A DNA stretch of 34,292 nucleotides from a virus (taxonomy: Duplodnaviria > Caudoviricetes): positions 1 to 34,292 of IMG/VR virus record IMGVR_UViG_3300042338_000270, one strand, 5' to 3'. The notes beneath the pieces are model-generated. The model ran no database searches and was not told where the DNA came from. It was given only the letters and a program-made list of their open reading frames with translations. Position numbers and translations under genes: made by a program. Numbering within the stretch: position 1 is the first letter of the stretch; each line of letters opens with the position of its first letter. Positions 16,851-25,322 of the stretch are shown here, piece after piece.

Positions 16851-19202
16851 TTAGAAAGGTGCTTCGGTTAATTTTAAATCAATAGAGAACCAACGCTCAT
16901 GATGTGACTTTCCTTCGTTGTAATCATGGTCAACAAACCTTGCATAACTTTCAAGCCACTTTTTGAACTTCTTATTTGTTAGCCACTTCTTATAATCTTG
17001 GTACTCGTTGGTGAAGTTTTCAAAAATTGTAGTTTTATTTATACGCTCATTGTGTATTATCGCTCCGTCCTTTGTCCATTCGTAAAACTCAAATGAAGTT
17101 TCTTTGATGAACTTGCGCACCACTAGGTTATTGAACTCATTTTGAACTAAGCCGTTTGTCAAATAATACTGCAAACAATTAACCATGTAGCTGTCAAACC
17201 TTGCCCATTCGCTTTCGCTCCAGTCATCAAAAAGTAAATGACCGAAGTGGTCTAATGGTGTACGGTTTGCGCTAAAGTAGCTACTCATCTCAATCTCAAA
17301 CTTTCTACGCTCAAATGAACCCCCAACGCCTCCAACGGTGTAATTGGTTGTGATTAATATTTTCGGACTTTTTTGGATGGGTAGTTTAATCGCATCCTGC
17401 CCTTTGTACTCTAAAGTAATGCCCTCAGTGATTAAGCTAAAAAGACTTTCAAAACTGAAGTTCTTTTTAACATCGTCAAACACCAGTAGTTGGCAATCGG
17501 TTGAAACTGTTTGATAAGGGAAGGACTTATTAAACTCAAATGTTTTTCCGTCAATCATGCTGACCTTTTTCATTTTGGCTATTGCGTTCCAAAATAACCC
17601 TTTACCACTTCCCCCATTCGGGTTCTCGCTTATTGTTTCGTCATTAAAAATAATCGCTTTATTATTTGCTGATGTCTTGAAAGTGTGAAGGAGATAGCCA
17701 ATCACTGACTTAAATGTGTTATACTTTTGGATGTCCTTGCCACTAACTAACCAAATAAACTCTCGGAATATAGCTGGATGGTGGTCTGTTTCAGTAAACT
17801 CACGATTTATTATTTGGTTCTTCCAAACATAGCCATCCAACTCTAAATAATCTATTTGTTCAACTCCATCCTTTGTTACTCTCAAAGCGCAGTTTGAATA
17901 GTAAATAAAACATTCGGTTGGTGTATCTTCTTTTAGCTGAATGTCGGCTGACTTTAAAAAAGATAGATAGTTTGGTGTAAAAAATTGTGGATTTCCTGCA
18001 ATGTAGTCATAAGGCTTCGCCCCTATTTTATCATTGCTTAGTAAGTAATCGAGGACAAAATCTTTGATTTTCTTTTCGTTAGTTTCCTCAATGAAGTTTT
18101 GTTCCTTACGGATAAAGGTGTAAGTATTACCATTAGCTGGGTAATACTTCATGAAGTTGTTTTGCTCTAGCCATCTTTTGAATTTTAAAGGACTTAATAT
18201 TATTCGACCTTTGTCGGTTATGTTCCAAAACTCATCAACTTCCATTGACCCTTTTACTCGTTCAATAGTTTCCAAGTCTTGAATTTCAATGTTATCACGT
18301 TGGAGTGATGCTTTGATTTGCTTCGGGTTCTTTCCGCTTAGTATTTGCTTTTCAATATTCGACCTGACAATCGTATCTTCAAAAAACCTCGTGTTAAACG
18401 TATTCTTACCACGTTTATAGGCTGAATTGCAGACTTGCTCAATCTCACTACTATCAAAGTCGCTTTCTTCGTATTTCAATAGCTGTGATAGTGCTGTGTG
18501 CTTACTGATGCCAAAGTCATTAAAAGCCATTGCTAACTTAAACAAGTCATTGTTTCTGCTTCCGTTTTGTAGGCTGTACTTTTTATTGAACCATTTGAAA
18601 AGGTTATCTAATATTTGACTTTCTGAACTCATAGGAACAACAACATCAACGTGCTGTTTGCCTATTTCGCTATATTCTTCCAACTCAATCGCATCCCATT
18701 GAATAGCGTTTGTGTTGATGTAGATTTCAGGGTCATAACTTTCAAAACAAAATCGGCATATATCTTTGCAAGACTTATCGAAGTTAGGGCAATTAAAATG
18801 ACTTTCTAAAGCGTTAAAATATAAAGTAAAGTTTTCCGCATCCTTTGGTATTTTAACTAATGCTTTTACACCAAGTGCTGATGGTGAAATAAAAGCAGCA
18901 TAAACAAATGGCTCTTTACTTAGAACCTGTTTATAGTTTATGGCTTCGGCTTCTGTTTTGAATTTATCAAAGTCAAGTATTAAGAAACCAGATGGTTCTA
19001 TTAAGCCACTGACTGACCTTGTTGTGAATGTGCCGTTATAGCAAACACCTGCTAAGGACTTCTTATCCTTTTCGTCTTTTGTTTTGCGATACTTTAGGAC
19101 TTTGTCTTTGCTTTCACCTTGCTTAATTCTGTTTAGGCAAAAGTCAACTGACCTTTGGAAAGGGTTGGCAACGTCTGTTACCGATTTAAATATTGAAACC
19201 AT
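16851..19202 (-). CDS. Primase-helicase (BT4734/VirE N-terminal-like, PriCT, SF3 ATPase)
   Basis: LILDFD, FISPSALGVK, GSRNNDLF, Walker A GGSGKG, LVFDD, ITTN; start at ATG 19202. Confidence 0.85.
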   Translation of the reverse strand: MVSIFKSVTDVANPFQRSVDFCLNRIKQGESKDKVLKYRKTKDEKDKKSLAGVCYNGTFTTRSVSGLIEPSGFLILDFDKFKTEAEAINYKQVLSKEPFVYAAFISPSALGVKALVKIPKDAENFTLYFNALESHFNCPNFDKSCKDICRFCFESYDPEIYINTNAIQWDAIELEEYSEIGKQHVDVVVPMSSESQILDNLFKWFNKKYSLQNGSRNNDLFKLAMAFNDFGISKHTALSQLLKYEESDFDSSEIEQVCNSAYKRGKNTFNTRFFEDTIVRSNIEKQILSGKNPKQIKASLQRDNIEIQDLETIERVKGSMEVDEFWNITDKGRIILSPLKFKRWLEQNNFMKYYPANGNTYTFIRKEQNFIEETNEKKIKDFVLDYLLSNDKIGAKPYDYIAGNPQFFTPNYLSFLKSADIQLKEDTPTECFIYYSNCALRVTKDGVEQIDYLELDGYVWKNQIINREFTETDHHPAIFREFIWLVSGKDIQKYNTFKSVIGYLLHTFKTSANNKAIIFNDETISENPNGGSGKGLFWNAIAKMKKVSMIDGKTFEFNKSFPYQTVSTDCQLLVFDDVKKNFSFESLFSLITEGITLEYKGQDAIKLPIQKSPKILITTNYTVGGVGGSFERRKFEIEMSSYFSANRTPLDHFGHLLFDDWSESEWARFDSYMVNCLQYYLTNGLVQNEFNNLVVRKFIKETSFEFYEWTKDGAIIHNERINKTTIFENFTNEYQDYKKWLTNKKFKKWLESYARFVDHDYNEGKSHHERWFSIDLKLTEAPF

Positions 19203-19304
19203 AGTAGAAAAAAAGTGCCCCAAAGAATACAAGTGATGCAAGCACAAGTATTCGATGAGGCAATAAGTTTGGAATTGTATCTTGCATATACAGTGGCAAA
19301 AATA
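19203..19304 (-). promoter_or_regulatory. Promoter (TATTTTTG 19297-19304) and structured 5' leader with kissing loops
   Basis: Loop AUGCAAG (stem UGUAU/AUACA) complementary to loop CUUGCAU on a long hairpin followed by U7. Confidence 0.65.
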
Positions 19305-19357
19305 TAAATCAATAATTAACAAACAAACTATTTGTAAAATATATTTTTTGCGGCACG

Positions 19358-19523
19358 TTTGCGCCAATTTAACAAATTCATAAAATATTGATTTTCAACT
19401 GCTTAAATAGTTTTGCGCCAATAATCCGATTATTTTCGGGAAAACCTCTGGAAAAACGTGTTTTTTAAAAAACGTGATTTCTATAAAAGAAAATAGAGAA
19501 AGCAGGTGAATAATTGGCGCAAA
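19358..19523. repeat. Three TTTGCGCCAAT boxes (candidate replication origin)
   Basis: 19358-19368 and 19412-19422 direct, 19513-19523 inverted; AT-rich non-coding gap upstream of primase-helicase. Confidence 0.6.
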
Positions 19524-19524
19524 T

Positions 19525-19553
19525 AAAAAACCCCCGATTTGTGGTCGAGGGTT
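19525..19553 (-). terminator. Intrinsic terminator of early operon
   Basis: AACCCTCGA-ccacaaa-TCGGGGGTT then T-run. Confidence 0.7.
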
Positions 19554-19588
19554 GCTGTTAATTCTTTGATTGGCTAAATAGTCAATCA

Positions 19589-20254
19589 TTAAAATAGTGA
19601 AGTTTGTTTAACATTAGATTTTAATATTACGCCCATAGCAGTTTCAAATATTGTTTTCCCAGCCTCATAATCTACAAGGTTTCTCGCAACCTTATCAAGC
19701 CTTTGTTCGCCTTTGTATTTTCTGAAATCGTAATCGTGAAAATTACATAGCGTTTCAATTTCATTATCCATTGCACACAAAATACCATCTAACTTTCGTT
19801 CATTTATATTATTAGGTAAATTGAAGTTTGTCCAATATAAATGCCTACCTCGTTTTTTAGCTGGTATTAATGGTTCATAGTAAGGCGTTACATTTTCAAC
19901 TACATATTTACCATCAAAGAAGTTATCTAAGAAAATTACTTCTTCATAAAGTTTCATATCTGGATAAATAAACTTAAAGTTTTCTCTTGTCTTTTGGGTT
20001 ATTCTAACTTTGCTATGGCTCGGACAAGGTGGCGAACTCCAGATAAAATCAAACTCTTTAAAGTGGTCTAAAAGATATTGGTGAGCGTCCGTAACAATTA
20101 CATTGTCATTTGGGAAACGCTCTTGGTACATTCTAGCTAATTCGTGGTCTAACTCAATAGCCGTAACTTCAATATCAATATTGGCTTCTTTGGCTACTTC
20201 GTCCCATTTGTAACGGTTGCCACCCAAACAGGCGTATAAGTTTAGTATCTTCAT
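19589..20254 (-). CDS. Short C5-cytosine DNA methyltransferase
   Basis: NLYACLGG (motif I variant), SPPC catalytic motif, ENV, RHLYW. Confidence 0.8.
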   Translation of the reverse strand: MKILNLYACLGGNRYKWDEVAKEANIDIEVTAIELDHELARMYQERFPNDNVIVTDAHQYLLDHFKEFDFIWSSPPCPSHSKVRITQKTRENFKFIYPDMKLYEEVIFLDNFFDGKYVVENVTPYYEPLIPAKKRGRHLYWTNFNLPNNINERKLDGILCAMDNEIETLCNFHDYDFRKYKGEQRLDKVARNLVDYEAGKTIFETAMGVILKSNVKQTSLF

Positions 20255-20257
20255 GGC

Positions 20258-20608
20258 TTAATACTTTACTTTGATTAGGTCCGTAAAATCCTTTTCAAGT
20301 TCTAAAACCTTATCAGTTGGTAAAAAAAACAAACGCTCGTTGATGCTGGTCACGGCTCTTATTTTCTCATCGCTGCTTTGCATTTCGGCTCTGATTACCT
20401 TTTGACTTTCTATACCAACGTATGAAAGTAATTGAGTTACGCCTGTAGTGTACGCCACTTTCAATCGGTGCAGGACGTTTTTAACGCCACTGCTGCCGCT
20501 TAGTTTGAGATAATATTCATGCTCGATGTTCAGCATCTTCGAGTAGTATAATTGTCGGAAGATTGACGCTGTCAGTTGGTTGAGGTGTTGTTCCTGTTGC
20601 TGTGTCAT
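20258..20608 (-). CDS. Hypothetical protein
   Basis: 116 aa ORF in early operon. Confidence 0.6.
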   Translation of the reverse strand: MTQQQEQHLNQLTASIFRQLYYSKMLNIEHEYYLKLSGSSGVKNVLHRLKVAYTTGVTQLLSYVGIESQKVIRAEMQSSDEKIRAVTSINERLFFLPTDKVLELEKDFTDLIKVKY

Positions 20609-20789
20609 TTTGTTTGGCTTGGTTTATTTGGTTATAGTTAGCAATAATGTGTCTTAATTCTTCAAAGCAAATGTTTAGGGTTTGTCTTATCTCATCCCAT
20701 TCTACGCCAAGTTTTCGCATCTCAAATGCTTTTTTGTTGGCTATTAGTTCAACATGGTATGGCTTAGTGAAGTCTCGTCTGTAACTCAT
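20517..20789 (-). CDS. Hypothetical protein (possible HTH)
   Basis: ATGA coupling with Gp157 gene; MRKLGVEWDEIRQTLNI segment. Confidence 0.5.
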   Translation of the reverse strand: MSYRRDFTKPYHVELIANKKAFEMRKLGVEWDEIRQTLNICFEELRHIIANYNQINQAKQNDTATGTTPQPTDSVNLPTIILLEDAEHRA

Positions 20790-21271
20790 TTTACTTGTAG
20801 ATTTTGCTTTTCAATAATGGTTGCACCTTCAACAAGTACACCGCTCTCAATATCGCTTTTGATGGATGTTTTGTTTACGGTTGGTTTGTAGTCAAAGTAT
20901 TTAGCATCCAAAAGACTTTCATCGCTAATATGCACCGACTTTGAAGCACGAAAGGACATTTTGACTAATGGTGTCTTTACTTCGCTCAATTCGTACTTCT
21001 GCATCGCAAAACCGATAGTTTCTTTCAGTTTAGCTGTTGCACTATCTATGCCGTCTTTCATAGCCTTTAATCGCTTTATTTCAGCGTCAATAGCTTTGCT
21101 GTCTGCTTCATTGGATAGTATCACCAATCCGTAGTTAGCGGATTTCTCCGCCAACTCGGTTTGAGTGATTGCTAACTTATTAAACAATTCGTCTGTAATT
21201 TCGCCTTGTGATGCAATTAGTTCATCATTTATGGCTTGTAACTCTTGGTCGATGTGGTATAACGCTCTCAT
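20786..21271 (-). CDS. Siphovirus Gp157-like protein
   Basis: IDAEIKRLKAMK, SFRASKSV, NKTSIKSDIESGVLVEGA...QNLQVK. Confidence 0.82.
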   Translation of the reverse strand: MRALYHIDQELQAINDELIASQGEITDELFNKLAITQTELAEKSANYGLVILSNEADSKAIDAEIKRLKAMKDGIDSATAKLKETIGFAMQKYELSEVKTPLVKMSFRASKSVHISDESLLDAKYFDYKPTVNKTSIKSDIESGVLVEGATIIEKQNLQVK

Positions 21272-21822
21272 TATTTCTTCACTTTTAGGTTAGTTAATTC
21301 GTTTTCCATCGGTTCAAGTAGTTGAAACTTCTTTTTAACGTCATCAATCGTGGCTTTGCCTTGCAGTAAAGCGTTGGTGACGTTGGTGAAGTCAATCGTC
21401 CCACGTTCTAAGAATGGTTTGGCTTGTGGCTTTGCAGGTTGCTGTGCCACATTGTTACTATCTGCATCTGCTTCTGTTTCGTCAATTAGGAATAAACCGT
21501 TTAAAGCGTACTTTCTCGCATAGCTTGACGCTGTGCCAGTACATTGTTCTGCGCTCATCCCTTTATGTTCAGATAGTTCCGCAAAGCCTGTAACTGATAA
21601 CGCAGTATCTTCGTTTTGAATAGTAGCGGTTGCCACTAAGTACAACTTAGTTCCAATGGCTTGGATGCTATCCGTTAGCGTTAGTAGACATTCGTGCTTT
21701 AGTAGAATAGGCTTAACGGCTTCGAGTATGTCCTCCGCTGACCTGTACTTGTAGTTTCCGAATTTGTTGACGTTGCCCTTTGGGACTTTCAGTTCGTTTT
21801 GGATTTGGATTAGTTTTTTCAT
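21271..21822 (-). CDS. ERF-family single-strand annealing protein
   Basis: IQNELKVPK...YKYRSAEDILEAVKP; GTASSYARKYALNGLFLID. Confidence 0.88.
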   Translation of the reverse strand: MKKLIQIQNELKVPKGNVNKFGNYKYRSAEDILEAVKPILLKHECLLTLTDSIQAIGTKLYLVATATIQNEDTALSVTGFAELSEHKGMSAEQCTGTASSYARKYALNGLFLIDETEADADSNNVAQQPAKPQAKPFLERGTIDFTNVTNALLQGKATIDDVKKKFQLLEPMENELTNLKVKK

Positions 21823-21846
21823 AGGTTTATTTGGTTTGGTTAAAAA

Positions 21847-22131
21847 TTAAAATGGAAGATTTCCATCGCCATCAGTTGCACTCGCTGACGTTGCTGGTGC
21901 TTTGTAATCGCTTTTAGGTTGCCATTCATTCAATACCGCATAGTGTGTGTTACCTTGTTTGTCTGCTTCTTTACGTCTAAGCAAATCAATATTCACATAA
22001 CCTTTAGCGTTGGTATGTTTGTTTAGTTCCTCGATTAGTGTTTTGGCGTTAATTGATACGCTCACCACTTCACCGAATTTGGTTTCTTTGACTTTGATAA
22101 AAAGTCCGTTGATGTAGGTTTTGTCTGACAT
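21847..22131 (-). CDS. Putative single-stranded DNA-binding protein
   Basis: 94 aa, beta-rich, acidic tail DGDGNLPF, next to ERF. Confidence 0.6.
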   Translation of the reverse strand: MSDKTYINGLFIKVKETKFGEVVSVSINAKTLIEELNKHTNAKGYVNIDLLRRKEADKQGNTHYAVLNEWQPKSDYKAPATSASATDGDGNLPF

Positions 22132-22142
22132 TTGTTTATGGT

Positions 22143-22358
22143 TTAATTGTTAAAAAAGAAATCAAATTGACCGTAATAAAAATCAACTGCAATTCTTACA
22201 TTGTAAGATTTTGCTTTATTGATTATATCGCTTAGGCTGTGCGAACTTACCCACGTTTTGCATTTTGGTTTAGCGTAGTAAAATTCAACATTTGAGCAAC
22301 TTACTATTGGCGTAAATTTATCGCCTAGTATTTCTTGAATGATTTGTAGTTTGTTCAT
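22143..22358 (-). CDS. Hypothetical protein
   Basis: ATG 22358 with AACC-rich leader. Confidence 0.6.
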   Translation of the reverse strand: MNKLQIIQEILGDKFTPIVSCSNVEFYYAKPKCKTWVSSHSLSDIINKAKSYNVRIAVDFYYGQFDFFFNN

Positions 22359-22379
22359 AGTGGTTTGGTTTAGTTGATG

Positions 22380-22387
22380 CAAAAATA
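22380..22387 (-). promoter_or_regulatory. -7 promoter element
   Basis: TATTTTTG followed by CATCAACTAAACCAAACCACT-ATG. Confidence 0.62.
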
Positions 22388-22432
22388 TAAAAATAAATTA
22401 AAAGTGAAGTTTTTTTAAACTTTATTTTTTGG

Positions 22433-22690
22433 CTAAAAATCATACTCACGTTCCGGCATTCTGCCGTTCTTAATAAAGAAAATATCTTGGCGTTCCTCAG
22501 CTATCTCATCGCTATCTTTGCCGTTCTCAATCGCTTCTTCAACTTGCTTTAATTCGGGTGATGATTTCACTTCTAAAACGGTTTCATTTTGTAACCACTT
22601 CGTTACATTGTGCAGGAATAGTTGTTTGTCGGCTACTTCATACCATCCGCAGTAAAGGTTGCCGTTAAGTTCGATTTCAAATTTTTTCAT
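22433..22690 (-). CDS. Hypothetical protein
   Basis: 85 aa; AAACCAAACC leader. Confidence 0.65.
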   Translation of the reverse strand: MKKFEIELNGNLYCGWYEVADKQLFLHNVTKWLQNETVLEVKSSPELKQVEEAIENGKDSDEIAEERQDIFFIKNGRMPEREYDF

Positions 22691-22754
22691 GGTTTGGTTT
22701 ATTTGTTTAGTTTTGCATTAATACTTTTTCATAGGGGTATTTGGTTAAAGATTT

Positions 22755-22779
22755 GGGCGGCTGGTTACCGCCCTTTTTT
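22755..22779 (+). terminator. GC hairpin with T-run on the plus strand
   Basis: GGGCGG-ctggtta-CCGCCC-TTTTTT. Confidence 0.45.
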
Positions 22780-22900
22780 ATATCCCTTTCAGCCAACAAA
22801 GCAAAGCGATTGAACCACTTGCTGATGCTGCATAAATAAGCAACTGAATGACTGGGTTAACCTCGTTCCAATTCTTTAGAATGTGCAGGATGAACTTCAT
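22778..22900 (-). CDS. Small hydrophobic protein, 40 aa (not in ORF track)
   Basis: MKFILHILKNWNEVNPVIQLLIYAASASGSIALLCWLKGI; ATGA overlap with upstream gene. Confidence 0.55.
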   Translation of the reverse strand: MKFILHILKNWNEVNPVIQLLIYAASASGSIALLCWLKGI

Positions 22901-23109
22901 GGCTTTGATTTTCTTAGGTTAGATAATACTTCCATCGCTGTTCGTGCGCCTTGTTCCATCATTGGTAGCGTTTCGGGTAGCCATGCGTTTCCTGTGCGAT
23001 GTTTCTTTGCCGCTAGTATTCGGCTATTAAAATAATTCAAAGCCATTTCGACTTCACTTTCTGTTCTGTCTTTTAGGTAGCTGTATGCTTCGATTGTTGT
23101 GTTGCTCAT
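22897..23109 (-). CDS. Hypothetical protein
   Basis: ATG 23109 coupled to HTH stop. Confidence 0.6.
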   Translation of the reverse strand: MSNTTIEAYSYLKDRTESEVEMALNYFNSRILAAKKHRTGNAWLPETLPMMEQGARTAMEVLSNLRKSKP

Positions 23110-23324
23110 TTGGTAGAATTTAAAAAGTTTAACCATGTTGTCTTCGCCTCGTTACGCATCTCAATCATTTGTTTGATTGCTTCGTGCGCTTTCTTTGTTT
23201 TGCCGTTTAGTATGTTATACACGGCTGTTTCGCTTACGCCTAGTGCTTTCGCTACTTGTGCGATGGTTACGTTGTACTTGGTTAGGTCGTGCCATAACAC
23301 TTTTAATTCTCGATTAGTTAGCAT
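23106..23324 (-). CDS. Cro/XRE-like helix-turn-helix regulator
   Basis: VTIAQVAKALGVSETAVYNILNG. Confidence 0.85.
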   Translation of the reverse strand: MLTNRELKVLWHDLTKYNVTIAQVAKALGVSETAVYNILNGKTKKAHEAIKQMIEMRNEAKTTWLNFLNSTK

Positions 23325-23484
23325 TGTTTAGTTTGTTTATACGGTTAGAAAATAATTGAAGTTCACGCTGTGCGATTTGGTTTAGGATGTACACCCCTTG
23401 CATGTATTTGTGGTGCATCTTGTCTTTGAGTGCTTGGTTGGTTAGACGTAGCACTTTGTCACGCCTGTTTTGGAGTTGGCTCAT
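23314..23484 (-). CDS. Hypothetical protein, 56 aa (not in ORF track)
   Basis: MSQLQNRRDKVLRL...NNAN; AACC-repeat leader. Confidence 0.55.
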   Translation of the reverse strand: MSQLQNRRDKVLRLTNQALKDKMHHKYMQGVYILNQIAQRELQLFSNRINKLNNAN

Positions 23485-23504
23485 AGTTTGGTTTTGGTTT
23501 TGGT

Positions 23505-23645
23505 TTACTTTAATGATATTGAATAGTTTTTAGTTTTAATTTCGTTTTGTACTTTCAAAATAGCTTCTTCTCTTGTAATGTTGCAAATGATAATTGCAGC
23601 TTCAATCATAAAGTTGATTTGCGATGTAGTTAGTGAGTTTTTCAT
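23505..23645 (-). CDS. Hypothetical protein, 46 aa, first early gene (not in ORF track)
   Basis: MKNSLTTSQINFMIEAAIIICNITREEAILKVQNEIKTKNYSISLK; just downstream of promoter. Confidence 0.55.
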   Translation of the reverse strand: MKNSLTTSQINFMIEAAIIICNITREEAILKVQNEIKTKNYSISLK

Positions 23646-23681
23646 AGTTTGTTTTTTAGTTGGTTACTTAAATTCGATATG

Positions 23682-23734
23682 CAAATCTAAAAAGGTTTTC
23701 TGTTTAAAAAAACTTTTTCCAAACTTTTTTTAAA
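23682..23734 (-). promoter_or_regulatory. Main early promoter with 25-bp upstream element
   Basis: TAGATTTG (23682-23689)-CATATC; upstream 25-mer identical to 9275-9299. Confidence 0.72.
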
Positions 23735-23799
23735 CTTTTTTTTGCGAAAAATGCAATTACACAATGAAAAACGACTAAAAAAATACCATAAAAAAATAA

Positions 23800-24237
23800 T
23801 TATTTGGCTAAAATAACCGCAGTCACGCCCAAAATAACGCCCAAACCTACACCACCAACGCCCCATCCAACCGACTTTATTAATGTTTTCCGCTTTTGTA
23901 GCTTTAGTTGTTCCCTTAACTCGTTTCGGTTATCAATAGCCACGTCCTTTGCCAAAGTGAGTAGGCTTATTGTTTCGTCTTTTAAGGCGATAACGGTATC
24001 GAGTGAAGCAATATACCTAAGTGAAGCAATAACAACGCTATCTGCCACGCTAATGACTTTATTCGAGTGTTCTATTTCAGCTTTGTTTTTGTCGTTCAAT
24101 TCGATTTGTTTAATCAAGTCAATACGGCTAACTAAAATGCTATCTGATTTGACTTGCCCATATACTTGTGAGGCTGTCATCAGTAACATTAAGGTTTCGA
24201 TAAATAACTTTCGGTTTAACTTTGCGAAGGCTGTCAT
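23800..24237 (-). CDS. Spanin-like protein (signal-like N-terminus, coiled coil, C-terminal TM)
   Basis: Overlaps upstream gene in lysis cassette; Gly-rich C-terminal hydrophobic helix; start may be 24189. Confidence 0.5.
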   Translation of the reverse strand: MTAFAKLNRKLFIETLMLLMTASQVYGQVKSDSILVSRIDLIKQIELNDKNKAEIEHSNKVISVADSVVIASLRYIASLDTVIALKDETISLLTLAKDVAIDNRNELREQLKLQKRKTLIKSVGWGVGGVGLGVILGVTAVILAK

Positions 24238-24493
24238 AAGAATATTGTTTTAATTCTAAATCGTGTTTTAATCCTGTGGCTTTCTTAATCGCTTTTAGTT
24301 CGTTTGCTTGGCTGACATTAATCGCACTTTGTAACCGTTCTATTTCTTCGTTTTGTTGCTCGATTAAAATATCTCTTGCATCCATCTTAGCGTCCGTTTG
24401 CCCACCGCAATATGATAGGCTAAACAGAAACAGAATGATAAACAACAAAGCGAAAGCCGCCACTAAGTATGGGTGCTGTTTAAATGGGTTCAT
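24140..24493 (-). CDS. Spanin-like protein (N-terminal TM or lipobox, coiled coil)
   Basis: Hydrophobic N-terminus ending LSYC; follows endolysin. Confidence 0.55.
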   Translation of the reverse strand: MNPFKQHPYLVAAFALLFIILFLFSLSYCGGQTDAKMDARDILIEQQNEEIERLQSAINVSQANELKAIKKATGLKHDLELKQYSYDSLRKVKPKVIYRNLNVTDDSLTSIWASQIR

Positions 24494-24924
24494 ATATTGG
24501 CATATTCTTTTGACGCATCAAAACAAGGACAAAGTTTAACCCATTCATTTGATGTTATTTTACCGTCTCCGTTTAAATCTGGTGAAAGGTCACGATGACC
24601 AACTACTTTAGCATTTGGGTATAGTTTTATGTAGTGTTGTACCAATTCGAGCAAAGACCTCTTTTGTGCGTCCGTTCTTGTATCTGTGCCATCCCAACCG
24701 CCTTTATAGCAAAGATGTATTGAATTAGCATTAAATCCCTTTACACCGTTAGTTGGTGCATAGTCCTCCGTCAATCGTTCCTTTGTGCCATCTTCGCCAA
24801 CTATCCAATGATAACCAAAAGACTTCCATCCAAGTTTCAAACGCCAATAGGCAATGATGTCAGATGTCTTTTGTTGCGCTCGTCCTGCTGTGCAATGAAT
24901 AACGATATATTTAATTTGCCTCAT
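24490..24924 (-). CDS. Endolysin, N-acetylmuramoyl-L-alanine amidase (Amidase_2)
   Basis: IVIHCTA, GYH, GHRD, CPCFD zinc-amidase motifs. Confidence 0.92.
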   Translation of the reverse strand: MRQIKYIVIHCTAGRAQQKTSDIIAYWRLKLGWKSFGYHWIVGEDGTKERLTEDYAPTNGVKGFNANSIHLCYKGGWDGTDTRTDAQKRSLLELVQHYIKLYPNAKVVGHRDLSPDLNGDGKITSNEWVKLCPCFDASKEYANI

Positions 24925-24926
24925 AT

Positions 24927-25322
24927 TTATTCCGATTTGCGTTCTAGCATATTAATCAAAGGCTTTAGAATGTCCAAGTTAGTAACGCCTTTTATATTCT
25001 CTCTCACGCTTTGTAATTCACTAACCGCAATAATAGCTACAACCGCTTTGACCATAAAGTCAGCATCACCATAATAACCCCCAATCACGTGAGAAATCAG
25101 TATGGCTAAGAAGTAAGATAACACCGCATAAAACTTTCTAATCATTTTATTGGATGTAATTAGTTCGCCCTTTGTATTTGCCGACATAATGCCTGTAATA
25201 AAGTCAATTAAACTAATTGCACCCACAACGAACAATGTTGATTGTAATGGTGCTAAATAAGTCAACACTGCCGCTAAAGCCAGTCCACCATATTTTGAAG
25301 AAAGTAGTTTGAAATCTATCAT
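24927..25322 (-). CDS. Holin
   Basis: Three hydrophobic segments; DFITGI...ELQSVRENI; upstream of amidase. Confidence 0.82.
   Translation of the reverse strand: MIDFKLLSSKYGGLALAAVLTYLAPLQSTLFVVGAISLIDFITGIMSANTKGELITSNKMIRKFYAVLSYFLAILISHVIGGYYGDADFMVKAVVAIIAVSELQSVRENIKGVTNLDILKPLINMLERKSE

Noticed and set aside
19203-19589. ORF 19395-19589 and N-terminal extension of primase to 19367
   Set aside because: They run through a terminator, repeat boxes, a promoter and a structured leader, and have implausible composition.
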